From a phage, in the sequence record NC_100372.1: a DNA stretch of 64,000 nt; one strand, 5' to 3'. Under the pieces are notes generated by a model that was not told the origin of the DNA, did no database searches, and was given only the letters and a program-made list of their open reading frames with translations. Each line of letters starts with the position of its first letter. Positions within the stretch are counted from its first letter, which is position 1. Below, one piece after another: positions 35,855 to 45,335 of the stretch. A program made the position numbers and the translations under genes.

Positions 35855-36568
35855 ATGCTGAATACTAAACTGATTGACAACTTGGAAAAACTGTCTCAGC
35901 CTGAAAACTACCTTTGGTCTGCCAACTGGGTGGAAAATTGGAACCGTGTAGCAGCTAAAGTGAAAAAATCATACACACCATTCGAACTTCAGCTGAGTTT
36001 CATTGAGGAAGAGTTCAATGAAGTTTTGGAAGAGTTGGAGAAAGGTGATGGTGGGGATCATCTCCTAAAAGAGGCCTGCGATCTTCACGTTGTCACAAGT
36101 TATGCCGCTTATCTTGTTAACGATAACCATGAAAAGTGGTCAAACCTGTTTGATAATCCGCGAGGTCTTAAGTTTAAGATCGGTGAATTTTATGATACAC
36201 TGATCGCTGCGAAAAATACCTCTAAGCAAAGAGCGTCTGCTTACCGCTTAGCAGAGTTGTCGACAGCTTTGCTGTTCCAGCTTCGCGGTGATGTGTGCGG
36301 GATGATGCGGAAGGTTCTAAAATCTAATGACAGCAAGTTTGCACGCGTCAACCATCTGCGGTATTCACACGGTGCCAGTGCAGATATGCCTGCTGAACAA
36401 CTTATCGAGTTGGAGATTAAAGATCTTGAGCGACGCTTTGATGGTCGCTATGAAGGTTTTGTTGCTAAAGAAGAATTCTACAACGGAAATAAAGTTATCA
36501 TATTCCTCGACAGTAAAGGTAAGATTATGAAGCCTTCAAGCTTCAAGGATGTAACAGAATATATTTAA
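35855..36568 (+). CDS. putative MazG-like nucleotide pyrophosphohydrolase
   Basis: 237 aa; acidic helix motif EEEFNEVLEELEKGD...LLKEACDLHVV resembles the EExxE/D metal-binding motif of MazG/HisE proteins. Confidence 0.35.
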   Translation: MLNTKLIDNLEKLSQPENYLWSANWVENWNRVAAKVKKSYTPFELQLSFIEEEFNEVLEELEKGDGGDHLLKEACDLHVVTSYAAYLVNDNHEKWSNLFDNPRGLKFKIGEFYDTLIAAKNTSKQRASAYRLAELSTALLFQLRGDVCGMMRKVLKSNDSKFARVNHLRYSHGASADMPAEQLIELEIKDLERRFDGRYEGFVAKEEFYNGNKVIIFLDSKGKIMKPSSFKDVTEYI

Positions 36569-36574
36569 TAACAT

Positions 36575-36603
36575 AGCCGGGGCGATCCCGGCTTTACTTG
36601 TTT
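36575..36603 (+). terminator. rho-independent terminator
   Basis: AGCCGGG-GCGA-TCCCGGCT hairpin followed by TTACTTGTTT. Confidence 0.45.
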
Positions 36604-36632
36604 AGGAAAGTATGCAAGTGAGGTAGAAAGTT

Positions 36633-36941
36633 ATGTACAAGCACTCCAGAGATCTTGAAAACGATGCTGTGTTTGGGGATCAGATGAAAGAATTGGTTAA
36701 ACTTATAGGTAGGATAGAGGATAAGTTTGACACTAAGATCTACATCGACAGCAAAGTATTCAACCACAAAATATGGACAAATCTGTGTGTTGGACTGCAT
36801 GGAGATAAAGATGTGGTAAATTTAGTTGTAATTAAGTTCATAGTGTGGCAGAATAAAACTATAAATTATTACGATCCGCACCTGCTTGTTTACCCGATAA
36901 AAGACCTATTAGAGAAGGAGGACTGCAATGCTGTTATTTAA
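36633..36941 (+). CDS. hypothetical protein
   Basis: 102-aa ORF. Confidence 0.35.
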   Translation: MYKHSRDLENDAVFGDQMKELVKLIGRIEDKFDTKIYIDSKVFNHKIWTNLCVGLHGDKDVVNLVVIKFIVWQNKTINYYDPHLLVYPIKDLLEKEDCNAVI

Positions 36942-37197
36942 TCTTGCTAAACCTGTAGAAGCACACCAGTTTGACGGAAGCTCTTCATCAGTATCTGATC
37001 TGCAACGGTGGATTGATACAGGTGTGTTTACACCGTCACCTGTTCGGACCAGAGATATTCTTCGCATGTGTGAGCTTGTCGAGCCGTTTGGTAACCTGGT
37101 CTTGTACCAAGGGGATTGGTTAGTTGACTTTATGGGAGACTGGTTGGTAATGAGCAAAGAAGAGATGTTTAAAATTTTTAAGGAAGAGGCTGAGTAA
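36928..37197 (+). CDS. hypothetical protein
   Basis: 89-aa ORF; stop overlaps DNA ligase start. Confidence 0.35.
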   Translation: MLLFNLAKPVEAHQFDGSSSSVSDLQRWIDTGVFTPSPVRTRDILRMCELVEPFGNLVLYQGDWLVDFMGDWLVMSKEEMFKIFKEEAE

Positions 37198-38480
37198 TGC
37201 ATCAGATCAAAACAACACTGTACGCACTGAACAAAGATGGCAGCTACCAACAGTGGAAAGTATTCACGGATGGTGATAAGGTTATTGTAGAGTTTGGCAA
37301 GCTTGATGGTAAACTGCAATACAAAGAGACGATCTGCACACCTAAGAACGTGGGTCGTGCCAATGAAACTACAGCTGAGCAACAGGCTGAGCTGGAAGCG
37401 ATCAGTAAGTGGGAAAAACAAGTCCGTCTGGGGTATGTTGAAAATATGGAAGATTGCGAGCAGGGTGTTGACCTTTTACCCATGCTGGTGCATGACTACC
37501 TGAAGCGTGGAAAGGCACTTAAATTACCTTGCTGGATCTTGCGTAAGTTAGATGGCCTTCGTCTACTGGTTGTTTTCCAAAACGGTGAGCCTAAATTTAT
37601 TTCCCGTGGTAATAAGTCCTACCCTATTCAAGGAAAGCTTCTGGAGCAACTTCGTTCTTTCCACTTCACCACCGGGATTAAACAGCTCGACGGAGAGATC
37701 TATATTCATGGTCTGCCTCTGCAGAAAATAGTGTCTCTTGCTAAACGTTGGCGCACACAGGAAGAGATTCAGGCCGAGATCGATAAAGACTACGAGGCAG
37801 ATAAAAAACGCCGTCATGCCGCAATTAAGGCAGGCTTATCAACATACAAAAACTTCAATAAGGTAGATATTCCTGTTGATGTTGAGCCTGTTCGTGATGA
37901 TTTGCGTTACGGAGGGTACTGTAGCTATGACTTAGAGTATCATATTTTCGACATCCCTAGTGACAAGGTATGGTGGGATCCGGAAACAGAATCTGGACGA
38001 TGCAAGGATCTTATGGATGCAGAAGATACCATTACCACTCTGATGCTTGACCATATCAAGGTTGTTGACGCAGAGCTTGCGTACACAGTTGATCATTGCG
38101 AAGAATCTGTTGGTGTATTCATGTCCGAAGGATATGAAGGTACTATCATGCGTAACTTCTGTGGTAAATACGAATACGGTCAGCGAACATCTGAAGCATT
38201 GAAATGGAAAAAGTTCAACGATGCTGAGGTGAAAGTTATTGACGTTGAGAAAGATAAGAATGATGAAGGTGTTCTTATCTGTGTTGACAAGGAAGGTATC
38301 GTTGTTAAAATGAAGATGAAAGGTACGCACGAGGAGCGTAGCTATGACAGGATGCAGGAAATGATCGGCAAGTTTGTCACCTTCAAATATCAAGCAAGGA
38401 CAGAAGACAACAACTACCAATTCCCTGTCGGCATCTGCGTCCGAAATGTTAACCCAGACACTTGGGAGGTTCTGGAATGA
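37197..38480 (+). CDS. ATP-dependent DNA ligase
   Basis: 427 aa; adenylation motif I KLDGLR (KxDG), motif IV-like EGYEGTIMR, motif V-like LKWKK. Confidence 0.8.
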   Translation: MHQIKTTLYALNKDGSYQQWKVFTDGDKVIVEFGKLDGKLQYKETICTPKNVGRANETTAEQQAELEAISKWEKQVRLGYVENMEDCEQGVDLLPMLVHDYLKRGKALKLPCWILRKLDGLRLLVVFQNGEPKFISRGNKSYPIQGKLLEQLRSFHFTTGIKQLDGEIYIHGLPLQKIVSLAKRWRTQEEIQAEIDKDYEADKKRRHAAIKAGLSTYKNFNKVDIPVDVEPVRDDLRYGGYCSYDLEYHIFDIPSDKVWWDPETESGRCKDLMDAEDTITTLMLDHIKVVDAELAYTVDHCEESVGVFMSEGYEGTIMRNFCGKYEYGQRTSEALKWKKFNDAEVKVIDVEKDKNDEGVLICVDKEGIVVKMKMKGTHEERSYDRMQEMIGKFVTFKYQARTEDNNYQFPVGICVRNVNPDTWEVLE

Positions 38481-38604
38481 TGTAGGAAGGTTTAGTAGGT
38501 AACGGTAGCCAATTGAATGATGGTTTTTCAATTGGCACCTGCATAACCACATTATGCAGTGTTGTTGATCGGGTTAGTTATGAGTAAATTGGAGAGTATG
38601 AAAA

Positions 38605-39075
38605 ATGAAACTTGATAAAAATGTTCAACGAAAAGCTTTCTTGGATATGATCGCATATTCAGAAGGTACAGATAACGGTAGACAACCTACCAAGGATCGG
38701 GGCTATGATGTCATAGTCGGTGGCAAGCTGTTTAGCGATTACAGCAAGCATCCGGGTGTGTACGTTAAGCTAAATGCTAAACTTACCTCCTCTGCTGCGG
38801 GGCGCTACCAAGTTTTGGAGAAGTTTGCTAAACACTATATGAAACAGTTAGGATTACCAGATTTTGGCCCTGCCAGTCAGGATAAGATCGCACTACAATT
38901 GATCCGTGAGTGCAAGGCGCTCGATGATATTGATGAAGGTCGTATTCATCAGGCCATCCATCTTTGCAGATCCCGATGGGCAAGCCTTCCTGGTGCAGGG
39001 TACGGTCAGCATGAACAGAAGATTGAGAAGTTGATCGAGGTGTTTAAAAAGGCAGGCGGCATTGTCCTAGATTAA
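38605..39075 (+). CDS. endolysin, lambda R-like lytic transglycosylase
   Basis: 156 aa; near-colinear similarity to lambda R: QRKAFLDMIAYSEGTDNGRQPTKDRGYDVIVGG..., GAGRYQ, WASLPGAGYGQHEQK. Confidence 0.85.
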   Translation: MKLDKNVQRKAFLDMIAYSEGTDNGRQPTKDRGYDVIVGGKLFSDYSKHPGVYVKLNAKLTSSAAGRYQVLEKFAKHYMKQLGLPDFGPASQDKIALQLIRECKALDDIDEGRIHQAIHLCRSRWASLPGAGYGQHEQKIEKLIEVFKKAGGIVLD

Positions 39076-39078
39076 TCA

Positions 39079-39107
39079 TTGACATGACCACATGGACGTG
39101 GTATTGT
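39079..39107 (+). promoter_or_regulatory. sigma70-like promoter (TTGACA-N17-TATTGT)
   Basis: TTGACA 39079-39084, 17-nt spacer, TATTGT 39102-39107; upstream of ORF 39139. Confidence 0.45.
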
Positions 39108-39138
39108 TACCTAGTAAAATGTTAAGAAGGGTTTAACC

Positions 39139-39345
39139 ATGAAAGATTTTCTGTTGGCAATTTTGTTCATGGCAGCATGTCTGGCCTGTGGTGTCGTGTT
39201 TGCAGGTGAAACAGCGTATCTTGTCGATGTATATCGGGACAATGGTAAACGTATTTGCCTTTATGAAACAAGCCAAGGTGAGCTCTACGAGCTTGTTAAA
39301 CAAGGCGAGGCTGGATCTTGTCCTCGGACTCACTTCTTCGAATAA
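39139..39345 (+). CDS. small secreted/lipoprotein-like protein (possible lysis accessory)
   Basis: 68 aa; N-terminal hydrophobic segment LLAILFMAACLACG with possible lipobox Cys; immediately after endolysin. Confidence 0.35.
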   Translation: MKDFLLAILFMAACLACGVVFAGETAYLVDVYRDNGKRICLYETSQGELYELVKQGEAGSCPRTHFFE

Positions 39346-39362
39346 GGTTGGTAGTATGGCTT

Positions 39363-39574
39363 TAGAAGGCACTGATTATATTCACGATTACCGTGGGAGT
39401 GCAGTGTATGTGGGCGATACTGTTGCAGTATACTACGGTTATGGTTCCCTAGAAACAGCGAAGGTCATACAGATCAAGAATGACCGTGCTAAGCTTGAAG
39501 TTTATTACTCTAATGGTGAAAGATCGATTTCTAAGTGGAAAGATGGTCATTGTATGGTCAAATTGGAGGGCTGA
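39363..39574 (+). CDS. hypothetical protein
   Basis: Start set at ATG 39363 with RBS AAGGTTGG (ORF track start 39188 overlaps previous gene); 70 aa. Confidence 0.3.
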
Positions 39575-40038
39575 TGGAAGACGGACGTTTAATGAAGTCT
39601 GAACGCAGGCTTATTGTGCAGCTGATCCCAGAAACAGCTTGGTATAATAATCTCCGAAACGCTGTGAAGAAGAGTGAGTGGGATAAGATCCGTAAGAAGT
39701 GCTACAGAGAAGCCAACTATACTTGTGAGGTGTGCGGCGGTAAAGGCAGCAAACATCCGGTGGAGTGTCATGAACTTTACACTTTCGAAGAGGGAGTGAT
39801 CCGGCTTGTCGGACTGATAGCGTTGTGCCCAGATTGTCACACATCGGTGCATCCTGGGTTAGCAAATATCCGTGGAAAGTATGCTCAGGCAGTTAATCAG
39901 TTGGCTAAGGTGAATAAGATCACCAAGGGTATGGCAGAGGCCTATTACCGAGACTGCTTTGCAGAATGGCGGGAGCTTAGCAAAGTTCCTGAATGGAGAA
40001 CTGACTTTTCGTGGATAGAGGGTTACCTTGATGGCTAA
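39574..40038 (+). CDS. zinc-finger protein, possible HNH-type nuclease
   Basis: Start set at ATG 39574 overlapping upstream stop (TGATG), RBS GGAGGG; Cys/His clusters CEVCGG...HPVECHELY...CPDCHTSVH. Confidence 0.35.
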   Translation: MEDGRLMKSERRLIVQLIPETAWYNNLRNAVKKSEWDKIRKKCYREANYTCEVCGGKGSKHPVECHELYTFEEGVIRLVGLIALCPDCHTSVHPGLANIRGKYAQAVNQLAKVNKITKGMAEAYYRDCFAEWRELSKVPEWRTDFSWIEGYLDG

Positions 40039-40321
40039 GAAACCTGTAAAAGAGAAATTTGATAAGACAGCTTTTGTATTCGATACACCTCTGGACGACA
40101 TTATTAGAGGTATGCAAGCACTGTATCGAAAGGCTGAATCTGAGCAGTTGTCTGAATCAGAACTTTACTGGCTTGGTTGGTGGGAGTTAAACCTGCCTAA
40201 AGCTGAAAGTTCTTGTCTGAGAACTGTTAAAACGTGCGCCCAAGAAAACGCCGCACTTGGAATCTACCACAAAAGGAAAAGATCAACAAAAAGCTCTCCA
40301 AGAAAGACTAAAAAGTCTTGA
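40028..40321 (+). CDS. hypothetical protein
   Basis: 97-aa ORF with Lys-rich C-terminus. Confidence 0.3.
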   Translation: MMAKKPVKEKFDKTAFVFDTPLDDIIRGMQALYRKAESEQLSESELYWLGWWELNLPKAESSCLRTVKTCAQENAALGIYHKRKRSTKSSPRKTKKS

Positions 40322-40347
40322 CAAAAGTGCTATTAATCTGATATTAT
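40318..40347 (+). promoter_or_regulatory. sigma70-like promoter (TTGACA-N17/18-TATTAT)
   Basis: TTGACA 40318-40323, TATTAT 40342-40347; followed by RBS AGGAGAA and ATG 40381. Confidence 0.6.
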
Positions 40348-40380
40348 CAGTCAGATATTTATAAACTAGGAGAACTAGAC

Positions 40381-40689
40381 ATGCTTAAAATTTTTATTGT
40401 TGAAGATAAAGATATTGTCCAGTTGTATGCAAACGAGAATCATAAAGGTATGATCCTGAAGAAGGCAAGCAACCTTCATGAAAACACCATTCAACCTGGC
40501 GATGTAATTAAGATCTGTGGCTATCTGATACCAGACTCCTTGATGAAAATAACCCACCACTGGGGGTCTAATCCGTTCCTTTTTGAAAAATATTGGGATG
40601 TTGAGTCGCTTATTGCAGAGAGTGATGATGCATTCCATTACAGCATCCAACCATCTTGCAGAGTAACTAACAGGAGGGTCTTTGAGTAG
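40381..40689 (+). CDS. hypothetical protein
   Basis: 102-aa ORF with strong promoter and RBS. Confidence 0.4.
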   Translation: MLKIFIVEDKDIVQLYANENHKGMILKKASNLHENTIQPGDVIKICGYLIPDSLMKITHHWGSNPFLFEKYWDVESLIAESDDAFHYSIQPSCRVTNRRVFE

Positions 40690-41821
40690 AGAATATCCGC
40701 TTATTGAGTCCATAGATTGTCTAGCTGATCTTCTTGAACCTGACGCTATAGTTTATTATGACTTCGATCAGGTTGCATACCAAGCTGCAGCAAGCTGTGA
40801 AAAAAGGACAATTGAGGTAACACATAAAGCCTCCGGACGTAAGAAGGTGTTTAAAACACGAACAGAGTTTTGGGGGAGGCAGAAGAACGCAGTTGGCGGC
40901 TGGTTAAAGGCTGAGAACACCAACCGTGAAGCTGCATGTAAAAAAGCTGGCAAGGAGTTTATTCCGTGGACACGAGAAGATTTCGATGTCTTGGATATCC
41001 AAACCCCTGATCCTGTAGAGAACTGCTTGCACACAATTAAGTGTAAAGCTAATGCAGTCCTTAACTATCTCGGTATTCCTGAAGATCGGTGCGTAGGGGT
41101 GCTTGGAGGAACAGGCAATTTCAGACTAGATCTTCCCATGCCGGAACGATATAAAGCCAACCGTAACAATACTCTTCGACCACTGTTGCTTGAAGATGCA
41201 AGACAGTATCTACAAAAGCAATATAACGCTCAAGTGATCAACGGTATTGAAGCTGACGACTGGTTAGCTATCCAGCAATTTGAAGGTTGGAACCACTACC
41301 AGAAAACAGGAAAGTTCAACAAGTTTATTATCTCTATAGATAAGGACCAGCGAACACTTCCTGGGCTTGTATTCGATCCGATGAGGAACGATAAAGGTGA
41401 TTTTGTAAGAGAGACACCTATGCTCATTGATAACGGTATGGGTAACATATTCATGAAACCAAACGGCGATGTTGGTGGGTATGGAATGTTGTTCTTCGGT
41501 TATCAAATGCTGTGTGGTGACTCGGCTGACAATATTAAGCCTTACCAAGGGCTTATTGGTAAAGGAAAGTTTGGAGATGCATCTGCATTCTCCTTACTGT
41601 CTCAGTGCAGCACACCGAAAGAGATGTGGTTAGCAATTATTGATCAGTATAAAAAATGGTTTCCGAAAGGTGCCGTTAAGTATACTGATTTCAATGGTAT
41701 CGACCGTAGGATTTCCGTAGGCCAGTGGATGAGTATAATTTTTGACTGTTTGTATATGAAGCGAACATTCAATGATCAAACAAAACTTGTTAACGTTCTT
41801 AGAAATGTTGGAGCAATTTGA
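40682..41821 (+). CDS. 5'-3' exonuclease / flap endonuclease (T4 RNase H, T5 D15 family-like)
   Basis: 379 aa; motifs GIEADDW, ISIDKDQRTL, CGDSADNIKPYQGLIG (helix-3-turn-helix); TTG start preceded by AGGAGGG. Confidence 0.6.
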   Translation: MSREYPLIESIDCLADLLEPDAIVYYDFDQVAYQAAASCEKRTIEVTHKASGRKKVFKTRTEFWGRQKNAVGGWLKAENTNREAACKKAGKEFIPWTREDFDVLDIQTPDPVENCLHTIKCKANAVLNYLGIPEDRCVGVLGGTGNFRLDLPMPERYKANRNNTLRPLLLEDARQYLQKQYNAQVINGIEADDWLAIQQFEGWNHYQKTGKFNKFIISIDKDQRTLPGLVFDPMRNDKGDFVRETPMLIDNGMGNIFMKPNGDVGGYGMLFFGYQMLCGDSADNIKPYQGLIGKGKFGDASAFSLLSQCSTPKEMWLAIIDQYKKWFPKGAVKYTDFNGIDRRISVGQWMSIIFDCLYMKRTFNDQTKLVNVLRNVGAI

Positions 41822-42144
41822 TGACTAAAAATTCTGTAGATAATGCAATTATGGAAGCTGTTTTTGAGGATGATCATACAACAGGGACCCTTAAAACAAA
41901 AAATACATTTATTGTTGCTACAGGTATGTGGCGGTTGTATGAAGATGACACTATTGCATACATCCTGTATACTGATGATTACGCAGATGATCGTGTATGG
42001 TCTGCTGTTTTAAAAGAAGATTGCGAGCTGATTGAGGGCGAGCGGTTATGCATGTTTACCAGCGTGGAAACAGACGTTAAGCTTTGCTCTCTTGTGCTAT
42101 TCAAAGACAAAGCTTATTCTCCAGATGAAGAGGAAACAGCATGA
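41818..42144 (+). CDS. hypothetical protein
   Basis: 108-aa ORF, overlapping starts/stops with neighbours. Confidence 0.35.
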   Translation: MMTKNSVDNAIMEAVFEDDHTTGTLKTKNTFIVATGMWRLYEDDTIAYILYTDDYADDRVWSAVLKEDCELIEGERLCMFTSVETDVKLCSLVLFKDKAYSPDEEETA

Positions 42145-42770
42145 GAGAAAGACTGCTGTCTATAGACCAGTCTCTTACCCACACAGCCTGTGTTGTATGG
42201 GACGATGGTAAGCCTGTTCATAAGATTGTGTTACGCACACAAAGCTCATCTGCAAAAGAGAAGAAACCAGGGACGGTTTCTTTTGCAACAGCTGCTGAGC
42301 GTATTGACTGGATCTGCAAACAGGTTAGATATTATATCCACACGCACGGAGTCGATACTGTGGTTATGGAAGGGCTTTCCTTTGGATCGCGAGGTGATGC
42401 CACACGTGAGCTGGCTGGGTTGTTTTACGGTCTTGAAGTTATGCTTTGGGATGCTTTAGCAGATTGTGAAAATGACGGCCTGTTTAAGGTTCACACAGTG
42501 ACACCAACAACTGCCAAAAAGTTTGCTCGTAGTCATCTTCCTGAAGAACTTGCTTTTGAGGAGAAGAAAAAGCTTGACAAAAGGACAGGTAAAGAGCATA
42601 CTGTGAAGAAACCTGTTACGATGGATAAAAAGTTGATGGTTAAGGCCTGCGAAGTATCTGAACCCGGGTTCCTGGATGGGATCAACTTGGTACAAGGTAA
42701 GGCCGATCTCGCAGATGCTTATTGGATAGGCAGGGCGCATCTGGAGGGATTATCGCAAAGCGTAAAATAA
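42141..42770 (+). CDS. putative RuvC-like Holliday junction resolvase
   Basis: 209 aa; N-terminal LSIDQSLTHTACVVWD (catalytic Asp context), VVMEGLSFGSRG (Glu), C-terminal ADLADAYWIG. Confidence 0.45.
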   Translation: MRERLLSIDQSLTHTACVVWDDGKPVHKIVLRTQSSSAKEKKPGTVSFATAAERIDWICKQVRYYIHTHGVDTVVMEGLSFGSRGDATRELAGLFYGLEVMLWDALADCENDGLFKVHTVTPTTAKKFARSHLPEELAFEEKKKLDKRTGKEHTVKKPVTMDKKLMVKACEVSEPGFLDGINLVQGKADLADAYWIGRAHLEGLSQSVK

Positions 42771-43327
42771 GAAAGAAAGCTGTCAAAGCCCCCGTTCATA
42801 GCGGGTGGCTAAAAGATTCTAAGGACATAGCTAACTTTCGGAAAGAATTGTCAGAAGAGCAGGATGGTCTTGATCCGATCTTGTGCGAACCACTTCGTAA
42901 GCCTTGTTTAGATCATGATCATCTGACTGGTCGTTGCAGGGGTGTTTTGTCCCAATGCACTAATACCTTTGAGGGGTATGTGCTTAAATACTGGATGAAA
43001 TACTGTAACGAGTATACAGATTGCAGTTTATCAGAGGCGTTACGCCGGATGGCTGACTATCTGGAGAAAGACTACAGCGACTTCCCGCTCCACAAAAACT
43101 ACAGAGATGATATGACAAAGTTCTTGAGGAGATGCTCTAAAGCTACGATTATTGCACGTGCAGAATCAGATCTCGGTCTTGTCATTAATTCAGAGTATAC
43201 CAAGCATGAGGCTATTGAGGCCTACATGCAGGAGTTTATAAAGAAAACTGAGGAGAGAGATTTCTATGGGGACGAAAAAGGTATTCAATCCTTGCGATTC
43301 AGTTCTGATCAGGATGAAATACCGTAA
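42722..43327 (+). CDS. putative endonuclease VII-like protein (start uncertain)
   Basis: Motif CLDHDHLTGRCRGVLSQCTNTFEG resembles T4 endonuclease VII zinc/HDH core; ORF begins with TTG and overlaps upstream gene by 49 nt. Confidence 0.5.
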   Translation: MDRQGASGGIIAKRKIRKKAVKAPVHSGWLKDSKDIANFRKELSEEQDGLDPILCEPLRKPCLDHDHLTGRCRGVLSQCTNTFEGYVLKYWMKYCNEYTDCSLSEALRRMADYLEKDYSDFPLHKNYRDDMTKFLRRCSKATIIARAESDLGLVINSEYTKHEAIEAYMQEFIKKTEERDFYGDEKGIQSLRFSSDQDEIP

Positions 43328-43499
43328 CTGGAAAGGTGTTGTTGCAGATCGCTGCGTTACTGAGCCTAATTTATGGTTTGGCTCTACAGAGTATCATAAA
43401 GAAGAGCAGTGGTTGATGCATGCATTTGACGTAGATAAGGGCGAATACCGTGACTTCGCTTTAAAAGACATTCTTCAGTTTTACTAAGGAATCTTAACG

Positions 43500-44483
43500 A
43501 TGATGACAAAGTTAACTCTTGAGCAAATTTTAACACTAAAGCAACAGGGATACACTAATAGACAAATTGCTCGTGAATTTTTAGGGCGTGAGTCGCGTGA
43601 GAGCTGGATCCGACTACAGCTTAAACGTGCACAAGAGAATATGTCAGAGATTGTAGGAGAGGCAACGGAGCGCTTCCTTGAAGAACACAAAGGCGCTAAA
43701 GTTTGGGTGTATGATACAGAGACATCCCCAACAAACGGCTGGTTCTTTGGGCACTATAAGACCAACATTCAAACCTGCGGTATTGAAATTATGCCTTATA
43801 TGCTAACTTTCGCAGGTAAATGGTTAGACAGCCCTAGTGTGGTCGACTGTGCTCTTCCTGATTACAAAATGTGGGGCGAGGATATCCACAACGATCTTGA
43901 ACTGATTCAAGATTTGTGGTATTATCTGGATAAATGTGATGTTGCAGTAGCGCACAACTCTGGTTTTGACTGTGGATGGGCCAACCAACGATTTGCATTT
44001 CACGGTTTACCACCAACAAGTCCATACAAAGAGGTTGACACCCTCAAGATGATTAAAAAGGCATTCCGTTTGAATGCAAACACGTTAGAGTATGCATGTA
44101 AATACTTCCAACTGGCCCGACAGAAGCTGATTGACCACACATTTGAAATGTGGATCAAGTGTGTTCATGGTGATCTTGAGGCGTTTAAACAGATGCGGGA
44201 GTATAATGTTGGGGACATCTTGTCTCTTGAAGGCCTGTATTTGCTGGCGCGTCCGTTTGCTAAGCAGCACCCTAACATGTCGTTGTACTACCAAGATGAG
44301 GAGTCAAAAGTTCGTTGCCCACGTTGTGGTGGAGAACACCTTCACGAGGAAGAAGCTTTGGCGTATACTCAGCTGAGTGCATTTAAAACATACCGCTGCG
44401 AAGGTTGTGGATCTGTTGTTCGTGATCGTAACAACATCCGTACTAGGGAAGAGATGAAAAACACCCTTATTCAGATAATCTAA
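43500..44483 (+). CDS. DEDDy-type 3'-5' exonuclease-like protein with N-terminal HTH and C-terminal zinc ribbon
   Basis: 327 aa; HTH-like LTLKQQGYTNRQIAREF; exo motifs VYDTETS (Exo I), AHNSGFD (Exo II), YNVGDILSLEGLY (Exo III YxxxD); C-terminal CPRCGG...CEGCGS. Confidence 0.5.
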   Translation: MMTKLTLEQILTLKQQGYTNRQIAREFLGRESRESWIRLQLKRAQENMSEIVGEATERFLEEHKGAKVWVYDTETSPTNGWFFGHYKTNIQTCGIEIMPYMLTFAGKWLDSPSVVDCALPDYKMWGEDIHNDLELIQDLWYYLDKCDVAVAHNSGFDCGWANQRFAFHGLPPTSPYKEVDTLKMIKKAFRLNANTLEYACKYFQLARQKLIDHTFEMWIKCVHGDLEAFKQMREYNVGDILSLEGLYLLARPFAKQHPNMSLYYQDEESKVRCPRCGGEHLHEEEALAYTQLSAFKTYRCEGCGSVVRDRNNIRTREEMKNTLIQII

Positions 44484-44490
44484 CAAATAG

Positions 44491-44519
44491 AGGGAGGCTT
44501 GCGCCTCCCTTTTCCTTTT
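44491..44519 (+). terminator. rho-independent terminator
   Basis: AGGGAGGC-TTGC-GCCTCCCT hairpin followed by TTTCCTTTT, directly after the stop at 44483. Confidence 0.6.
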
Positions 44520-44528
44520 GGAGGCACT

Positions 44529-45335
44529 TTGAGCAAGAAAGAGTCCAACGACAAATATTACACAGACCCCGAGTATGCAGAATATCTTGTTGGTAAAGTA
44601 AAAGGTAAGTATGGGAATTGTGCATACGTTGAGCCTTCTGCTGGAAAGGGTTCTTTTTCAAAACTATTTTCAGAGATACTGTCGTATGATTTGGTACCAG
44701 ATCCTGAATTTGAAGGCCCAACCCCGTGTATTAAGGCAAACTTCTTAGAGGTGTACCCCAAGGCCGATGTATTCATAGGTAATCCTCCATTCGGCAAAAA
44801 TTCGTCTTTAGCTTGCAAGTTCTTTAACCACTGTGCATCATTGCTAGAGCCTGGTGGAGCTATAGCCTTCATCTTGCCACGGACTTTTGAAAAAATATTT
44901 TTTGCAAACAAACTGGACATGTCGATGCACCTTATTTACAGCGAAAGGTGCCCCAAGAACTCGTTTTTACTTAACGGCAAACCTTATGACGTGCCATGTG
45001 TTTTCCAAATTTGGGAGAAAAAGGTGTGCAATAGGGACCCTGTAGAGATCGGGGAGAATAAGTTATTTTCTTTTAGCACACCGGACGATTACGACTTCTG
45101 TATAAGACGTGTTGGGTATAATGCTGGGAAAGTATTGGGAGAGGATGACCCAAAATCTGAAGAATCAACATATTTCATAAAATCTTTAGTTGATGGTGTT
45201 GACAGAGTGTTTGCTGAGTGCTATTCTTCTTTTCAAGAAGAAGCAGGTAAGACTGCTGGAATGAAGAGTATAGGCAAGAAAGAACTACAATACATTTTGG
45301 AGACCAGGTATGATCAAAAGTATAGACTTGACTAA
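44529..45335 (+). CDS. DNA N6-adenine (amino) methyltransferase
   Basis: Start set at TTG 44529 after RBS GGAGG (ORF track start 44499 would read through the terminator hairpin); motif I EPSAGKGSF, motif IV GNPPFG, N-terminal YYTDPEYAEYL. Confidence 0.65.
   Translation: MSKKESNDKYYTDPEYAEYLVGKVKGKYGNCAYVEPSAGKGSFSKLFSEILSYDLVPDPEFEGPTPCIKANFLEVYPKADVFIGNPPFGKNSSLACKFFNHCASLLEPGGAIAFILPRTFEKIFFANKLDMSMHLIYSERCPKNSFLLNGKPYDVPCVFQIWEKKVCNRDPVEIGENKLFSFSTPDDYDFCIRRVGYNAGKVLGEDDPKSEESTYFIKSLVDGVDRVFAECYSSFQEEAGKTAGMKSIGKKELQYILETRYDQKYRLD

Noticed and set aside
44499-44528. ORF-track N-terminus of the methyltransferase beginning at 44499
   Set aside because: This extension would translate through the terminator hairpin (AGGGAGGC-TTGC-GCCTCCCT) and precede the RBS; start reassigned to TTG 44529.
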